DNA from: Octopus vulgaris
Lineage: Eukaryota
Reading direction: 5' to 3'
NCBI GenBank assembly: GCA_951406725.2
Contig: OX597823.1
Coordinates: forward strand, 2,790,001-2,854,000
Length of the DNA: 64,000 nucleotides
Part shown: piece by piece, positions 1 to 17,200 of the stretch
Numbering within the stretch: position 1 is the first letter of the stretch
Layout of the letters: the number at the start of each line of letters is the position of its first letter
Made by a program: the position numbers and the translations under genes
The notes under the pieces: generated by a model
What the model was told of the DNA's origin: nothing
What the model saw: only the letters and a program-made list of their open reading frames with translations
The model's database searches: none

Positions 1-2625
1 CTTCTCATGGGAGACTTCAACCTACCCAATGTCAGATGGCCCGAGGGCTTTTCTCTCCCAGGAATGACACGATGTGAACGGGGACAGGCGAGGTCCCTCC
101 TGAACCTCATCAACACCCTGTACATGGAGCAAGTAATACTCCAACCAACCAGGGCAGGTAACACACTGGATCTCTGCTTCACAAATAATATGGATCTCAT
201 CCATAATGTGAAAGTGACACCGACACTACTCTCGGATCACAATATGGTAGAGCTGACCATGTACGGGCCAAAGGAAAGCATGGACATGCAGCCTACAAGA
301 AACTCTCAGAATCTTTCCAGCTTGAACTTCAATAAGGCAAACTGGAAACAAATTGAGAAAGAGATCCTCAAACAAAACTGGCCTGAATGTCTCTCCTCGC
401 GGACATCGACATGAAACTTCAACAATTCATGTCTGTAATGCAAGCCATATGCTACAAGTGTGTCCCAGAGAGAAAGGCCACTGTAAACAAGAACAAAATC
501 CCCAGAGAGAGGAAAATTTTAATGAGACGGCGTACAAACATTTCAAATCGCCTAAACAAACAAATTGAAAGCAGTGAAAAGTCCCGCCTGAAAATAAAAC
601 TATTGGAAATTGAGAAATGTCTGCAAATCTCCCATGAAAAGGAAAGAGCAGACAAAGAAGCCTGGGCTATAGACAACATAAAAACAAACCCCAGAGATTT
701 CTACAGGTATGCCAAAGAAACAGCTACGGTGCACTGTAGGATAGGGCCACTCCTTGAAAAGGATGGCACACTCACAGGAAAACCAATGAGGGTAAGTGAA
801 ATACTGAATGAGCAATTCAAGAGTGTTTTCACTCCACCCCTTGGGCATTTCCAAATCAGCAATCCAACTGACTTCTTTACCACTGCAGGTATAAAATCAG
901 AGGCGGCGACGATAAATTACATCGATATAAAGGAAGACGATGTAATAAAGGCTATAGATGAAATGAAAACAGACTCAGCTATTGGCCCCGATGGATTCCC
1001 GGCAATCCTCCTAAAAGTATGTAAGAGAGTCCTAGCAAGACCACTGCAGTTCCTCTTTCAGAGCTTCCTTGCAGCTGGCAAACTTCCAAGAAAACTGAAG
1101 GAAGGTAAAATATGCCCTATTCGTAAAGGAGGTAGCAGAGCGGAGGCCAAGAACTACAGACCTATCTCTCTCACCTCACACATCAGCAAGGTCATGGAAC
1201 GAATAGTCAGAAGGAAACTAATCACCTTCCTTGAAGAAAATGACTTGCTGCCTGACACCCAACATGGTTTCCGACCAGGAAGAAGCTGCTTAACTCAGCT
1301 CCTACAACACTATGACTGGGTGCTGAAACAACTGCTCAACCACTCAAATGTGGAAGTCATATATCTCGACTTTGCAAAGGCCTTTGATAATTTCGATCAT
1401 GGAATGATATGTCACAAACTGCGTGATCTTGGCATAGTTGGAAAATTGGGAGAATGGCTTCATGACTTTCTGAAGAATAGAAGTCAGGTGGTAACAGCCA
1501 ATGGGGCCACTTCCATTAACACGCAAATAATGAGCGGTGTTCCGCAGGGCACTGTTTTGGGACAACTACTGTTCATAATGGCCCTCACAGACATGCCCTC
1601 AGCCACGCAGAGAGCTACGATCACAAGTTATGCAGATGATACAAAAGTTTCACAGGCAATACAGAACCCTGAGGACACTAAGCACCTGCAATGTGAGCTG
1701 GACGAAATATACAAGTGGGCTGAAAAGAATAGCATGCAGTTCAATGCTGAAAAGTTTCAAGCTTTATACTATCAGCATGCAAAACTGAATGCAATACCCA
1801 ATGAATACACTGGACCCGGAGGGATTGCAATCCCAGAGGCACAATCAGTGCGTGACCTGGGTATTCACATGAGTGATGACGCGACCTTTCATGTACATGT
1901 TGCTAAACTGGCAATGAAATGTAGACGGCTGGCTGGATGGATTCTTAGAACCTTCAGAACAAGAGAACAAGAAACCATGATGGTCCTCTGGAAGACACTT
2001 GTCCTAAGCCACTTTGACTATTGCTCTCAGCTATGGTCACCATCCAGTGTCAAGATGATCACAGAACTTGAGGCGATCCAACGAAGCTACACGAAGAAGA
2101 TAGCCTCTGTGCAGCATATGAGCTACTGGGAAAGACTCAAGAGATTAAAGCTCTATTCGCTGGAGCGTAGGCGAGAAAGATATGCCACAATATATATCTG
2201 GAAGATCCTGGAAGGACTTGTCCCAAACTTTGGCATCGAGAGTCACACAAATGCCAGAACCGGGCGCCATTGCGTAGTACCAAGGACTCCAAATTTGCCA
2301 TCAAGATGTAGGACAAGATATTGTGATAGCCTGGGCTTCAGAGGCCCACATCTCTTCAATATCCTCCCAAAGAACCTCAGGGACCTGCATGGTGTAGATG
2401 CGGATGTCTTTAAAGTAGGACTGGACCTCTTCCTGTCAGGTGTCCCGGATGAACCAACTTCACGGCAGGAGGTGCAGATGAGGGCAGCTGCATCGAACTC
2501 TCTCATGCATCAGATGGCGTTTGCTAAAAAGCATCCGTGAGGTAAAATCGTGTAGCAAACAATATGGCGGTGCCCCAGCATGGCCACAGCTCATTAGCTG
2601 AAACTGGAAGAATCAAAATCAAATC
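1..2625 (+). mobile_element. CR1-type non-LTR retrotransposon (LINE), ORF2 plus 3' UTR, nearly intact, 5' part outside the window
   Basis: AP-endonuclease motifs GDFNLP, PTR...LDLCFTN, SDHN in ORF 7-414. One frameshift near 387-414, then an open RT frame to 2540. 3' UTR motif GGCGGTGCCCCAGCATGGCC followed by a (TA)n tract. Confidence 0.92.
387..2540 (+). CDS. LINE ORF2 reverse transcriptase (717 aa open frame, joined to the endonuclease part by a frameshift)
   Basis: [53 protein letters not shown] motifs in the ORF track. Confidence 0.85.
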   Translation: MSLLADIDMKLQQFMSVMQAICYKCVPERKATVNKNKIPRERKILMRRRTNISNRLNKQIESSEKSRLKIKLLEIEKCLQISHEKERADKEAWAIDNIKTNPRDFYRYAKETATVHCRIGPLLEKDGTLTGKPMRVSEILNEQFKSVFTPPLGHFQISNPTDFFTTAGIKSEAATINYIDIKEDDVIKAIDEMKTDSAIGPDGFPAILLKVCKRVLARPLQFLFQSFLAAGKLPRKLKEGKICPIRKGGSRAEAKNYRPISLTSHISKVMERIVRRKLITFLEENDLLPDTQHGFRPGRSCLTQLLQHYDWVLKQLLNHSNVEVIYLDFAKAFDNFDHGMICHKLRDLGIVGKLGEWLHDFLKNRSQVVTANGATSINTQIMSGVPQGTVLGQLLFIMALTDMPSATQRATITSYADDTKVSQAIQNPEDTKHLQCELDEIYKWAEKNSMQFNAEKFQALYYQHAKLNAIPNEYTGPGGIAIPEAQSVRDLGIHMSDDATFHVHVAKLAMKCRRLAGWILRTFRTREQETMMVLWKTLVLSHFDYCSQLWSPSSVKMITELEAIQRSYTKKIASVQHMSYWERLKRLKLYSLERRRERYATIYIWKILEGLVPNFGIESHTNARTGRHCVVPRTPNLPSRCRTRYCDSLGFRGPHLFNILPKNLRDLHGVDADVFKVGLDLFLSGVPDEPTSRQEVQMRAAASNSLMHQMAFAKKHP

Positions 2626-2648
2626 ATATATATATATATATTTATATA

Positions 2649-2704
<56 letters not shown>

Positions 2705-2706
<2 letters not shown>

Positions 2707-2916
2707 CGGGGGGGAGTGCCTGTCTATCTGTCTCTGTTTATCTCCACCTCTCATCGATTGATAACTGAAGCTGATGTGTTTACATCCCTGTCACGTAGCG
2801 GTTCGCCAAAAGAATCTGCTGGAATAAGTACTATGCTTACCAAGAATAAGTCTTGTGCGGTGCCTCAGCATGGCCGTAGACAAGTTACTGAGAAAAGTAA
2901 AATAATAAAAGGATAT

Positions 2917-2970
<54 letters not shown>

Positions 2971-3185
2971 TTGTATTTCTGTCTGTGTGTTTGTCCCCCA
3001 CCTTCACTTCAGAACCGTTGTTGGTGTTTCTACTTCCCCGTAAATTAGCGGTTCGGCTAAACAGATCGAGAGAATAAGAACTAGGCCTACAGAGAATAAG
3101 TTCTGGCTTCTATTTCTTCGTCTAAAAGCAGTGCTCCTGCATGGCCGCAGTCCTTGATTGTAATAACTGAAACACATAAAAGATT
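2705..3185 (+). mobile_element. Two 5'-truncated SINE 3' halves separated by (CA)n/(TA)n
   Basis: TAGCGGTTCG(G/C)C.AA...ATAAG...GCATGGCCG...ACTGA tail shared with the full-length SINEs at 42428-42837 and 47378-47781. Confidence 0.65.
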
Positions 3186-5246
3186 ACACACACATACACA
3201 CACACACACACACACACAATGGCGTCATTGTTACTGAAATCTTTATATTGATAAACAGGTAAGGAATGTGTGCATACACCCACCCACATACAATGGCTTC
3301 GTTGTTACGGAGATCTTTATATTGATAAATCTAATGATCTCGTTGCATTTGCAAACAGTATAGCTTTCCCTAATCAGGAAGGCTAAACTCTAGAGCTTGA
3401 CGTTCTGATTGGACCAAGTGGTGTCCTGGTTGTGCATCAAGCATCAGGTTTAAATTTTATTCATGCTTTATTATTTTTGTTTGTTTGTTACTTTGGTCTA
3501 CGTGTTTTTCAAATCTGGGCTTCGTTTCCGGCCTAGGGTTATACAATTTCTGCATATTTTCTTTATGAAACTTTACTGCTTTTATTCGTTCCTTTTTTCT
3601 TTTTCGTTTTGCTCTCTTCTGTTTTCTATTTTTTCTTTTTAAGTCTCTTATTCTCTTTGTTTTTTGTCTTTTTTGTTTTTTTGTTTTTACCTGACACACA
3701 CTTAATCGGTTGAATGGAACTTCTCACAGCATCTTCCGTTTCACTTTCCGTACCAACTTTCATTCCTGCAATTTATACTATTTCCAGATTAACGTTCTGC
3801 TAGAAAACAAAGGCGAATTCTCAGAAATTCATTGTCTTCAGCTCCCTATCTTCTCAGATTCTCACACATAAACTGCACTGAACTTTATATATTTTTCATT
3901 GGCTTTCGTAATTTTATTCACAGTTCTTATTCACATGAAACCGCTTATGATTCTACCAATAAATATTTATGAAAACCCCTCTTTCCTGACGGATGGTTGC
4001 GGTCAGCTAAATGTCGTAATCTCTCCGTTTTGTAATCAAATAGAGGAGATTCAATTCAAGGGAGACATGTTTTAGTTTCAAATATTTTTGACTTGCAAAT
4101 TGTTGCATGGAATCCCTTCTCGATGACGCGTACCCTAAAACGCATGGATTAAATCAACTCTTCCGTCTTCTTCACTAAGCCTTTCACATAACTAAATCTT
4201 TCTTGGTGGAATTTGAATATTTAAACTGAAGATAGGACTAGATATTCATATGAGACGCTTGATAGCTTTCCTCTCTGTAGACAGCGTTGTATAATTAACG
4301 AGCGGAGAATAACTAGGACAATACTCCATTCCGTGTGTCCTCCTCTCGTAATAGAAGCGTCGGGTGGCTGTCATGATACACGGATAGTCTTGGACATTCA
4401 AACCATACTGGTTCTTGTGTTTCACGAGCTCTGACAGAAACAGAATCCATGCAGTGAGGAAGAAAAGGAGGCAGAGAGATGAGAATCGGCACAAAGAAGG
4501 GAATTAGTAATTTATCGATAATGAAACAGCGAAAGGCATAAGTGGCCTGAGAGATGAGATTCGGACAAGAATGTAGAGAAAAGGAAAGACTACACAAGAA
4601 ATTCTGTTGCATGCCAATCCGATGCCAGTGTTTGCTAATAGTAATGGTGCAGTGGAACATAACATATATAGCAGGGTCACTAGCATAGCTGGCGTGGGGC
4701 GGTAGGTTTGGTCCGCCAGGGTGGCACTTTTAAAGGGGTCTGGATGCGGCAAACGTAGGGGCCACCCCGGGCGGCACACATTCTAGCTCCGTTAGTGAGC
4801 ACGGTATATACATTTCATTTATATAATAGTAATGGAAGCACTTGAGTTTAGAAAGTAATCCGTGCTCCGTGTGGCAGAACTGATCCTAATAAAGCGGTAA
4901 TTACGAAAGGTCTGTATTTCTAGGAACATTGGAGGCAGTTCTGAGAAACTGGCTCCGAAATATCGTTTGCCGTGTGTTGGGAGAAACTGTTGAAAAGTTT
5001 CGACTCACTCGCATAGGAAAGAATTTATGTGAGAGAAGCGCAACTATTTGCATAGACATAAAGATCAATAATAATTTATAAGCTAGGCAAAGAATGCCTA
5101 CAGAAATAAACACACATGGGGAGCGCCCTGTATTGAGCTTCTTTATGTTGAAGCATCTGCAGACGTATGACAAATGGTGAAACATCATTTCACTATGGCA
5201 ATATGAAATGGAAATATTTATCGACTTCCTACACACACAGTAGTAA

Positions 5247-7790
5247 AACTCATGCTCTCAGGAACGACTCGTTGCAAACAAACACAGGTGGAGTCACCTG
5301 CTCTACCTCACCAATGCCTTAGTCAAGGAACAAGTTATACTCAGACCAACTAGGGAAAATAACATTTTGGATCTCTGCTTCACAATCAATATAGACATCA
5401 TTCATGATGTGAAAGTTACGCCGACATTAGTCTCGGATCACAACATAATAGAGCTTTCTATGTTTGGGCCGAAAGTAGCCAGAGGCATACAGCCAAAAGG
5501 AAGCACCCGAAATCTCTCCAATCGGAACTTCCACAAAGTAGACTGGAAACCGATCCAAAAAGAGATCCGCAGACAACTGTCCGAAATGTCTCTCGGCACC
5601 AGACGTTGGCATGAAACTAGAATATTTCATGTCTGTTATGCAAGCCATATGCCAGAAATATGTTCCAGAGCACAAGGCCACAACAAATAGGAACAAGATT
5701 CCAAAGGAGAGGAAGATTCTCATGAGACGACGGACGAAGGTTGCAAATCGCCTCAACCAACATGCCAAAAGTAGTGAAAGGTCCCGCCTAAAAACAACAC
5801 TGATGTAGATTGGAAAAAGCTTGCAACAATTTTATGAGAGGGAGTGAGCAGACAAAGAAGCCTGGTTTAGTAAAAACATTAAGTGAAATCCAAAGACCTT
5901 CTTTCATTACGCCACAGAAACAGCATCAATACACCGCAAGATAGGATCCCTCTTCCTAAAGGATGGCACCCTCACAGAAAGCCCAACCAGGATCAGTGAG
6001 GTACTGAATGACCAATTCAAAAGTGTCTTTATCACTCCATTGGAACACAGACAAGTGAATCAACCGGTGGACTTTTTTTGCCGCCTCACCTATAACCAGC
6101 GAGGCAATTACGATGGAATACATCGACATCAGCTAAGAAGATTTACTAACCATAGATGAAGTGGACGCAAATTCAACTGATTGTCCTGATGGTTTACCAG
6201 CAATCCTCCTCAAATCGTGTAAGCATGCCCTGGCAAAACCCCTCCAGATTTTCTTCCAGAGCTTTCTTGCAAATGGCAGACTGCCAAGCAAGCTGAAGGA
6301 GGGAATAATATGCCCAGTCAACAAAGGAAGCAGAGCAGATGCCAAAAACTATTGGCATATCTCGCTGACTTCACACATCAGCAAAGTCATGGAACAGATC
6401 GTCAGAGGGAAACCAATTGCATACCTTGAAGAAAATGATTTATTGAGTGATACCCAGCATGACTTTCGAACAGGTAGGAGCTGCCCGACCCAGCTCTTAC
6501 AACATTATGACTTGGTGTCGAGGCAGTTACTCAACAACTCAAATGTGGACGTAACATACCTTGATGTCGCAAAAGCTGTTGATTAGGGTATAATATGCCA
6601 CAAACTGCGATTTCTCGGCGTAGCAGGAAAACTTGTTGTGTGGTTACATGACTTTCTGAAAGATAGAAGTCAGGAAGTAGTGGCCAATGGTGCCACCTCA
6701 ACGAAAACACAAATAGTGAGCGGTGTTCCACAGGGCACTGTCTTGGCACCGCTGCTTTTCATAGTGGCCCTCTTAGATATGCCCTCAACTGCCCGGATAG
6801 CTACCCTTGCAAGGTACGCAGACGATACGAATGTCTCGTAGAAAATACAGAAGCCCAGCAATGTTGCACACCTGCAGCAGGAGATGACCTCAATTTACAG
6901 ATGGGCTGAGGATAATAATATGCAGTTAAATGCTGAAAAATTCCAAGCCCTGCGCTACCAGCATCCAAAACTGAATATGAAACTTACAGGGTACACTGGT
7001 CCACAGGGAATTTTAATCCCAGAGCCTAAGTCAATGAAGGACCTGGGTATCGACATGCGTGATGATACCGCTTTTCAAGTGCACATTACCAGGATGGTGA
7101 CAAAGTGCAGACAACTGACTCGATGGATCCTGAGAATATTCAGAACGAGCGAGAAGGAAACCATGATGGTCCTCTGGAGGACATTCTTCTCCAGCCGCAT
7201 GGATTCCTGCTTCCAGCTATGGTCACCCAACAGTGTAAAATTAACAGCGGACCTTGAAGCAATCCAGCGAAGCTTCACAAAGAAGATCGTCTCATTGCAA
7301 CAGCTCAGCTAATTGGAAAGGCTGCAACAGCTAAGACTCTACTCCCTGAAGCTAAGGCGGGAGAGGTATGCAGTAATATATACATCTGGAAGATCCTGGA
7401 AGGAATTGTGCCAAATTTTGGCATTGGAAGCTACATCAATGCAAAGAACGAATCGACACTGTACAGTGCCAAATATCCCAGCAATGCCATCGAGCTTCAG
7501 GACCAGTTACTGCAACAACCTGTGTTTCGGGGGCCCATATCTTGTTTAATATTCTCCCAAAGAACCTGAGGAGTCTGCACAAAGTAAATGTAGGCGTTTT
7601 TCAATCAAAGCTGGACGTCTTCCTGTCGAGAGTCCCAGATGAACGTACCTCAAGGCAAGAGGTGCAAATGAGGGTTGCTATATCAAACTCCATTCTAAAC
7701 CAAGTGGCATATATTAGAGGAGGATCTCAGTAATCTGTGTAGCAAAACAGCGGTGCTCCAACATGGCCACAGCAATGAGCTGAAATTATA
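5247..7790 (+). mobile_element. Decayed 5'-truncated CR1-type LINE (copy A)
   Basis: Fragmented endonuclease and RT frames (SDHN, HISLTSH, SGVPQGTVL, YADDT) with several stops and frameshifts; CR1-type 3' tail at ~7750-7785. Confidence 0.9.
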
Positions 7791-7803
7791 AAAATGTATG
7801 TAC

Positions 7804-7844
<41 letters not shown>

Positions 7845-8183
7845 AAAAGCGCATGGCTCAGTGGTTAGAGCGTCGAGCTTACGATCGTGAGGTTGGGAGC
7901 TCGAATCCCGGACCGGGCTGCGTGTTGTGTTCTTGAGCAAGGCACTTTTTTTCACGTTGCTCCAGTTCACTCAGCTGTAGAAATGAGTTGCGACGTCACT
8001 GGTGCCAAGCTGTATCGACCTTTGTCTTTCCTTTGGATAACACTGGTTGCGTGGAGAGGGGAGGCTGGTATGCATGGGCGACTGCTGGCCTTCCATAAAC
8101 AACCTTGCCTGGACTTGTATCTAGGAGGGTAACATTCTAGGTGCAATCCCATGGTCATTCATGACCGAAGGGGGTCTTTACCC

Positions 8184-8186
<3 letters not shown>
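7845..8186 (+). mobile_element. tRNA-derived SINE, apparently full length, inserted in (TA)n
   Basis: A box TGGCTCAGTGG (~7854), B-box-like GCTCGAATCC (~7898), CORE-like TTGAGCAAGGCAC, flanked by TA repeats. Confidence 0.8.
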
Positions 8187-8214
<28 letters not shown>

Positions 8215-8297
8215 GTAAATACTTATATATATATATATGTATATAAATATATATATTTATATATATATATATATGTATATACATATATATATATATA

Positions 8298-9797
8298 TGT
8301 CTGTTGTCCCAGTTTTCAAAAAGGGAAACAAGTCCCTTGCAGTGAACTACCGTCCGATCTCACTCACCTCTCATATCATCAAGGTATTTGAGAGGGTGGT
8401 GAGATCTCGAATAACCCAATTTCTGGAAAGCAACAGACGGCTGATCTCCAACCAACATGGGTTCCGTAATGGAAGGGACTGCCTAACGCAGCTCCTGCAT
8501 CATTTTGATGACATTTTGAGAGCTTTGAGAGAGGGCTCCAACACCGATGTCATCTACCTTGATTTCAATAAGGCCTTCGACAGGGTCGATCACAAGATCC
8601 TATTGAAAAAACTATCCAACATTGGTGTCTCTGGAAAGTTACTGAAATGGATCAAGTGTTTCCTGACAGACAGATCTCAACATGTTGTAGTTGAAGGGGT
8701 AAAATCAAGCCCAGCCAAAGTCAGTAGTGGCGTTCCGCAAGGCACTGTGCTGGGCCCACTTCTTTTCATCATTTACATTAATGACATTAATGACATCATC
8801 AAGCACAGCAACATAAAAATCTTTGCAGATGATTCCAAGCTACAGAAGGTCATAAATGAGGCGAGTGACCGGACATGCCTTCAGTCAGATCTACTGGCTG
8901 TTATCCAATGGGCAGAAAAAAACAATATGCTGCTGAACGAGGATAAATTTGAGTTAATCCACTTTGGAAAAGAGGATGCCCTGAAACTCCCATACTCCCT
9001 TCCTTCAGGTGAAACTCTCGCGGCGTCCAACAACATCAGAGACTTGGGAGTAATTGTGGACAACAACATAAGCTGGGCCACTCATATAAGCACCAAAGTT
9101 GACATGGCCCGCAGAATGTGTTCCTGGATTCTCAGAACTTTCCAGTCGAGAGATATCCACACCATTATCCTTCTCTTTTCCACTTTTGCCCGACCCCACC
9201 TTGAATACTGTTGTCCACTGTGGTCTCCCCACACAATACAAGGTATCATAAAGGTTGAAGCACCTCAAAGGGCAATCACAAAAAAGATAGATGGCATGAC
9301 AGGCCTCGACTATTGGGGTCGACTAGAATAGCTGAAACTTTATTCTCTCCAACGTCGTCGTGAGCGCTACATCATCTGCATGATGTGGAAAATATTCCAT
9401 CAGCATTGCCCAAATGATGTTGGCATCACCTTTAAGGTACATCCAAGGCTTGGGCCCCGTGCCATCCGCCCAAAACAAAAATCGCACTCTCATCTCATAA
9501 CAACAATACGGCACAATTATTTCACCTCAATTGGCGCCGCTCTCTTTAACATTACACCAAAACACATTAAAACAGAAACTGACCCTATAGGGTTCAAGAA
9601 GTCTTTGGACAGATTCCTTCAAGAAATCCCGGATAAACCCCCTACACCCGGATATGTCTCTGTAAACAATAACTCTCTACTTCAGTGGGCCATAGTGCCC
9701 AAATTCTGACTTGAAAGACTTCACCAGGTGGTGCTATTAAGTTGGACATGGCCTGTGCCAATAATGGCCGAAACCTATCAAAGTCTCAAAGTATCAA
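8298..9797 (+). mobile_element. 5'-truncated CR1-type LINE of a second family, inserted in (TA)n
   Basis: RT frame with [34 protein letters not shown]; a single in-frame stop at 9329-9331; short tandem 3' tail (TCAAAGTA-like units). Confidence 0.9.
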
Positions 9798-9821
9798 AGT
9801 ATATACATATATATATATATG

Positions 9822-9894
<73 letters not shown>

Positions 9895-10028
9895 TGTATG
9901 TATGTATATACATAAGGTTAATCCAAACGAGAAAACAGAAAAAGACAACAACACAAAGAGGTGGAACAATTAAAGTTATATATATATATATATATATGTA
10001 TATACATACATACATACATATATATATG

Positions 10029-15140
<5,112 letters not shown>

Positions 15141-15219
15141 TACATATTTTATATATATATATGTGTATGTATATATATATATATATGCATATGTATATAT
15201 AATATATATATGTATATAC

Positions 15220-15223
<4 letters not shown>

Positions 15224-15252
<29 letters not shown>

Positions 15253-15385
15253 TGTATGTATGTATGTATGTATGTATGTATGTATGTATGTATGTATGTA
15301 TGTATGTATGTATGTATGTATGTATGTATGTATGTATGTATGTATGTATGTATGTATGTATGTATGTATGTATGTATGTATGTAT
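15224..15385. repeat. (TATG)n microsatellite
   Basis: Pure tetranucleotide run. Confidence 0.95.
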
Positions 15386-15534
15386 CGGAGCAGGTATGGC
15401 TGCGTGGTAAGAAGCTTTATTCTCAAACTCGTGGTTGCGGTGTTCAGTCCCACTACAAGGAACCATGGGGATATGTCATCTAACATAGCTTCAGGCGATC
15501 CAAAACTGTGAATTGGTCTATTATGAGAAGCCCG

Positions 15535-15536
<2 letters not shown>
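15386..15536 (+). mobile_element. Decayed SINE 5' (tRNA-like) fragment
   Basis: TGGCTGCGTGGTAAGAAGC...GTTCAGTCCCAC resembles the head of the SINEs at 42428-42837 and 47378-47781. Confidence 0.55.
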
Positions 15537-15570
<34 letters not shown>

Positions 15571-15650
15571 GCGGAGGGTGCCTGTCTATCTGCCTCTATT
15601 TATCTCCACCTCTCATCGATTGATAACTGAAGCTGAGGTACGTATATATA

Positions 15651-17200
15651 TGTAACGGTGTATTTTGTGCCGATAAAGTTTTTAGTTGAAGTCGACAGTC
15701 ACCAATTGTAACAGCGTATTTTGAATTTTGGTGTGGTCACCTATATTATTGATGATGAAATGTTGGAGTCACCAATTGTAACGGCAGAATTTGTATTTTT
15801 TATATTTTATTTTATTTAGTTTCAGCTCACAAGCGGTGGCCATGCTGGAGCACCGCCATTTGGTGTTGCTACATGATTTTACTTCACGAATGCTTTTTAG
15901 CAAATGCCATCTGGTGCTTGAGAGAGTTTGATGCAGCTGCCCTCATCTGCACCTCCTGCCGTGAAGTTGGTTCATCTGGGAAACCTGACAAGAAGAGATC
16001 CAGTTTTATTTTAAAGACATCTGCATCCACCCCATGCAGGTCTCTTATGTTCTTTGGGAGGATATTGAAGAGCTGTGGGCCTCGGAAGCCCAGGCTGTCA
16101 CAGTATCTTGTCCTACATCTTGATGGCAAATTTAGAGTCCTAGGCACTATGCAGTGGCGCCCAGTTCTAGCATTTGTGTAACTCTCGATGCCAAAGTTTG
16201 GAACAAGTCCTTCTAGAATCTTCCAGATGTATTTTATGGCATATCTTTCTCGCCTACGCTCTAAGGAATAGAGTCTCAATATCTTGAGTCTTTCCCAATA
16301 GCTCATATGCTGCACAGAGGCTATCTTCTTCGTGTAGCTTCGTTGGGTCGCCTCAAGTTCTGTGATTAACTTGACACTGGATGGTGACCATAGCTGAGAG
16401 CAATAGTCAAAGTGGCTTAGGACAAGTGTCCTTCAGAGGACTATCATGGTTTCCTGGTCTCTTGTTCTAAAGGTTCTAAGAATCCTTCCGGTCAGTCGCC
16501 TACATTTCATTGCCAATTTAGCAATGTATGGTAAACTTTACTATGAAATTTTGGTGGAGGCAGTGGTAACGATAATAATTTGTGGTTATAATTGTTTACT
16601 GTAGGATGTGAAATATGCACAATGTATAAAGTTTTAAGAAGGTATTTATTTACCGTTACGTTACAAATACCTTGCCTCAACGTACAGGTTGTGATACATC
16701 CAAAAGCATGCGAAGTAAAGTTTGTGTTTGTGTCCTCATCATTGTTTAGTAGTAATTGCTGAGACAGAATGATGTTGTAAGAGAACAGAATTAGAGCTAG
16801 AGAGAAGTGTTGGTTGTTGTCTGACAGCAAACTTCCTCTCTCCCTTTGATCAAGGTTGGTCAGCCAGACCCCGTTGAGTCGTCACCGACTGTGACTGACT
16901 GATTTTTGTTTGGGATGTGCTTACTTATATAAAGATCCAGAAGGATAGATATATCATTGAGAACAATAGATTTAGTTGGAGGTCTTGTTATCTCTATTCT
17001 AGCTTTTTGTGAAGCAGAGGAGGTCAGAAAAGTTCAAGTGGTGAAAACATTATTTCGGCCTAGGTAAAGGCATTTGGAAAATGTAAAACTGCTGTCAGAG
17101 AAAAACCATTGTTCCACCATGGGAAAAGTTCTGTAGTAGTGTTATTTTAAATTTGGCTATGGTGGATCGAATCCACTTCATGCATGCAGGATTCACTACA
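15651..17200 (-). mobile_element. Probable solo LTR interrupted by a CR1 LINE fragment
   Basis: Starts TGTA (15651), ends TACA (17200), flanked by TA repeats on both sides; TATA-like and AATAAA-like motifs on the minus strand (~16930, ~16645). Confidence 0.45.
15812..16524 (-). mobile_element. CR1-type LINE 3' fragment, same family as 1-2625, opposite orientation
   Basis: ORF 15884-16315 nearly matches the C-terminus of 387-2540 (SYWERLK...QEVQMRAAASNSL); reverse-complement 3' tail at 15820-15858. Confidence 0.92.

Larger units (their letters stand above)
2705..7800 (+). repeat. Copy A of a ~5 kb tandem/segmental duplication (SINE fragments + ~2 kb unclassified sequence + decayed CR1 LINE)
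   Basis: Colinear with 10079-15140 at an offset of ~7.34 kb, e.g. 4246-4494 vs 11584-11832 and 4901-5236 vs 12240-12575. Confidence 0.93.

Noticed and set aside
4246-4494. 82-aa ORF with a hydrophobic N-terminus, kept in both duplicate units
   Set aside because: It starts at TTG, has no recognisable domain, and its presence in both copies is explained by the recent duplication.
7850-7920. tRNA gene
   Set aside because: The A/B boxes continue into a SINE body and I could not form a clean acceptor stem. It is a SINE head.
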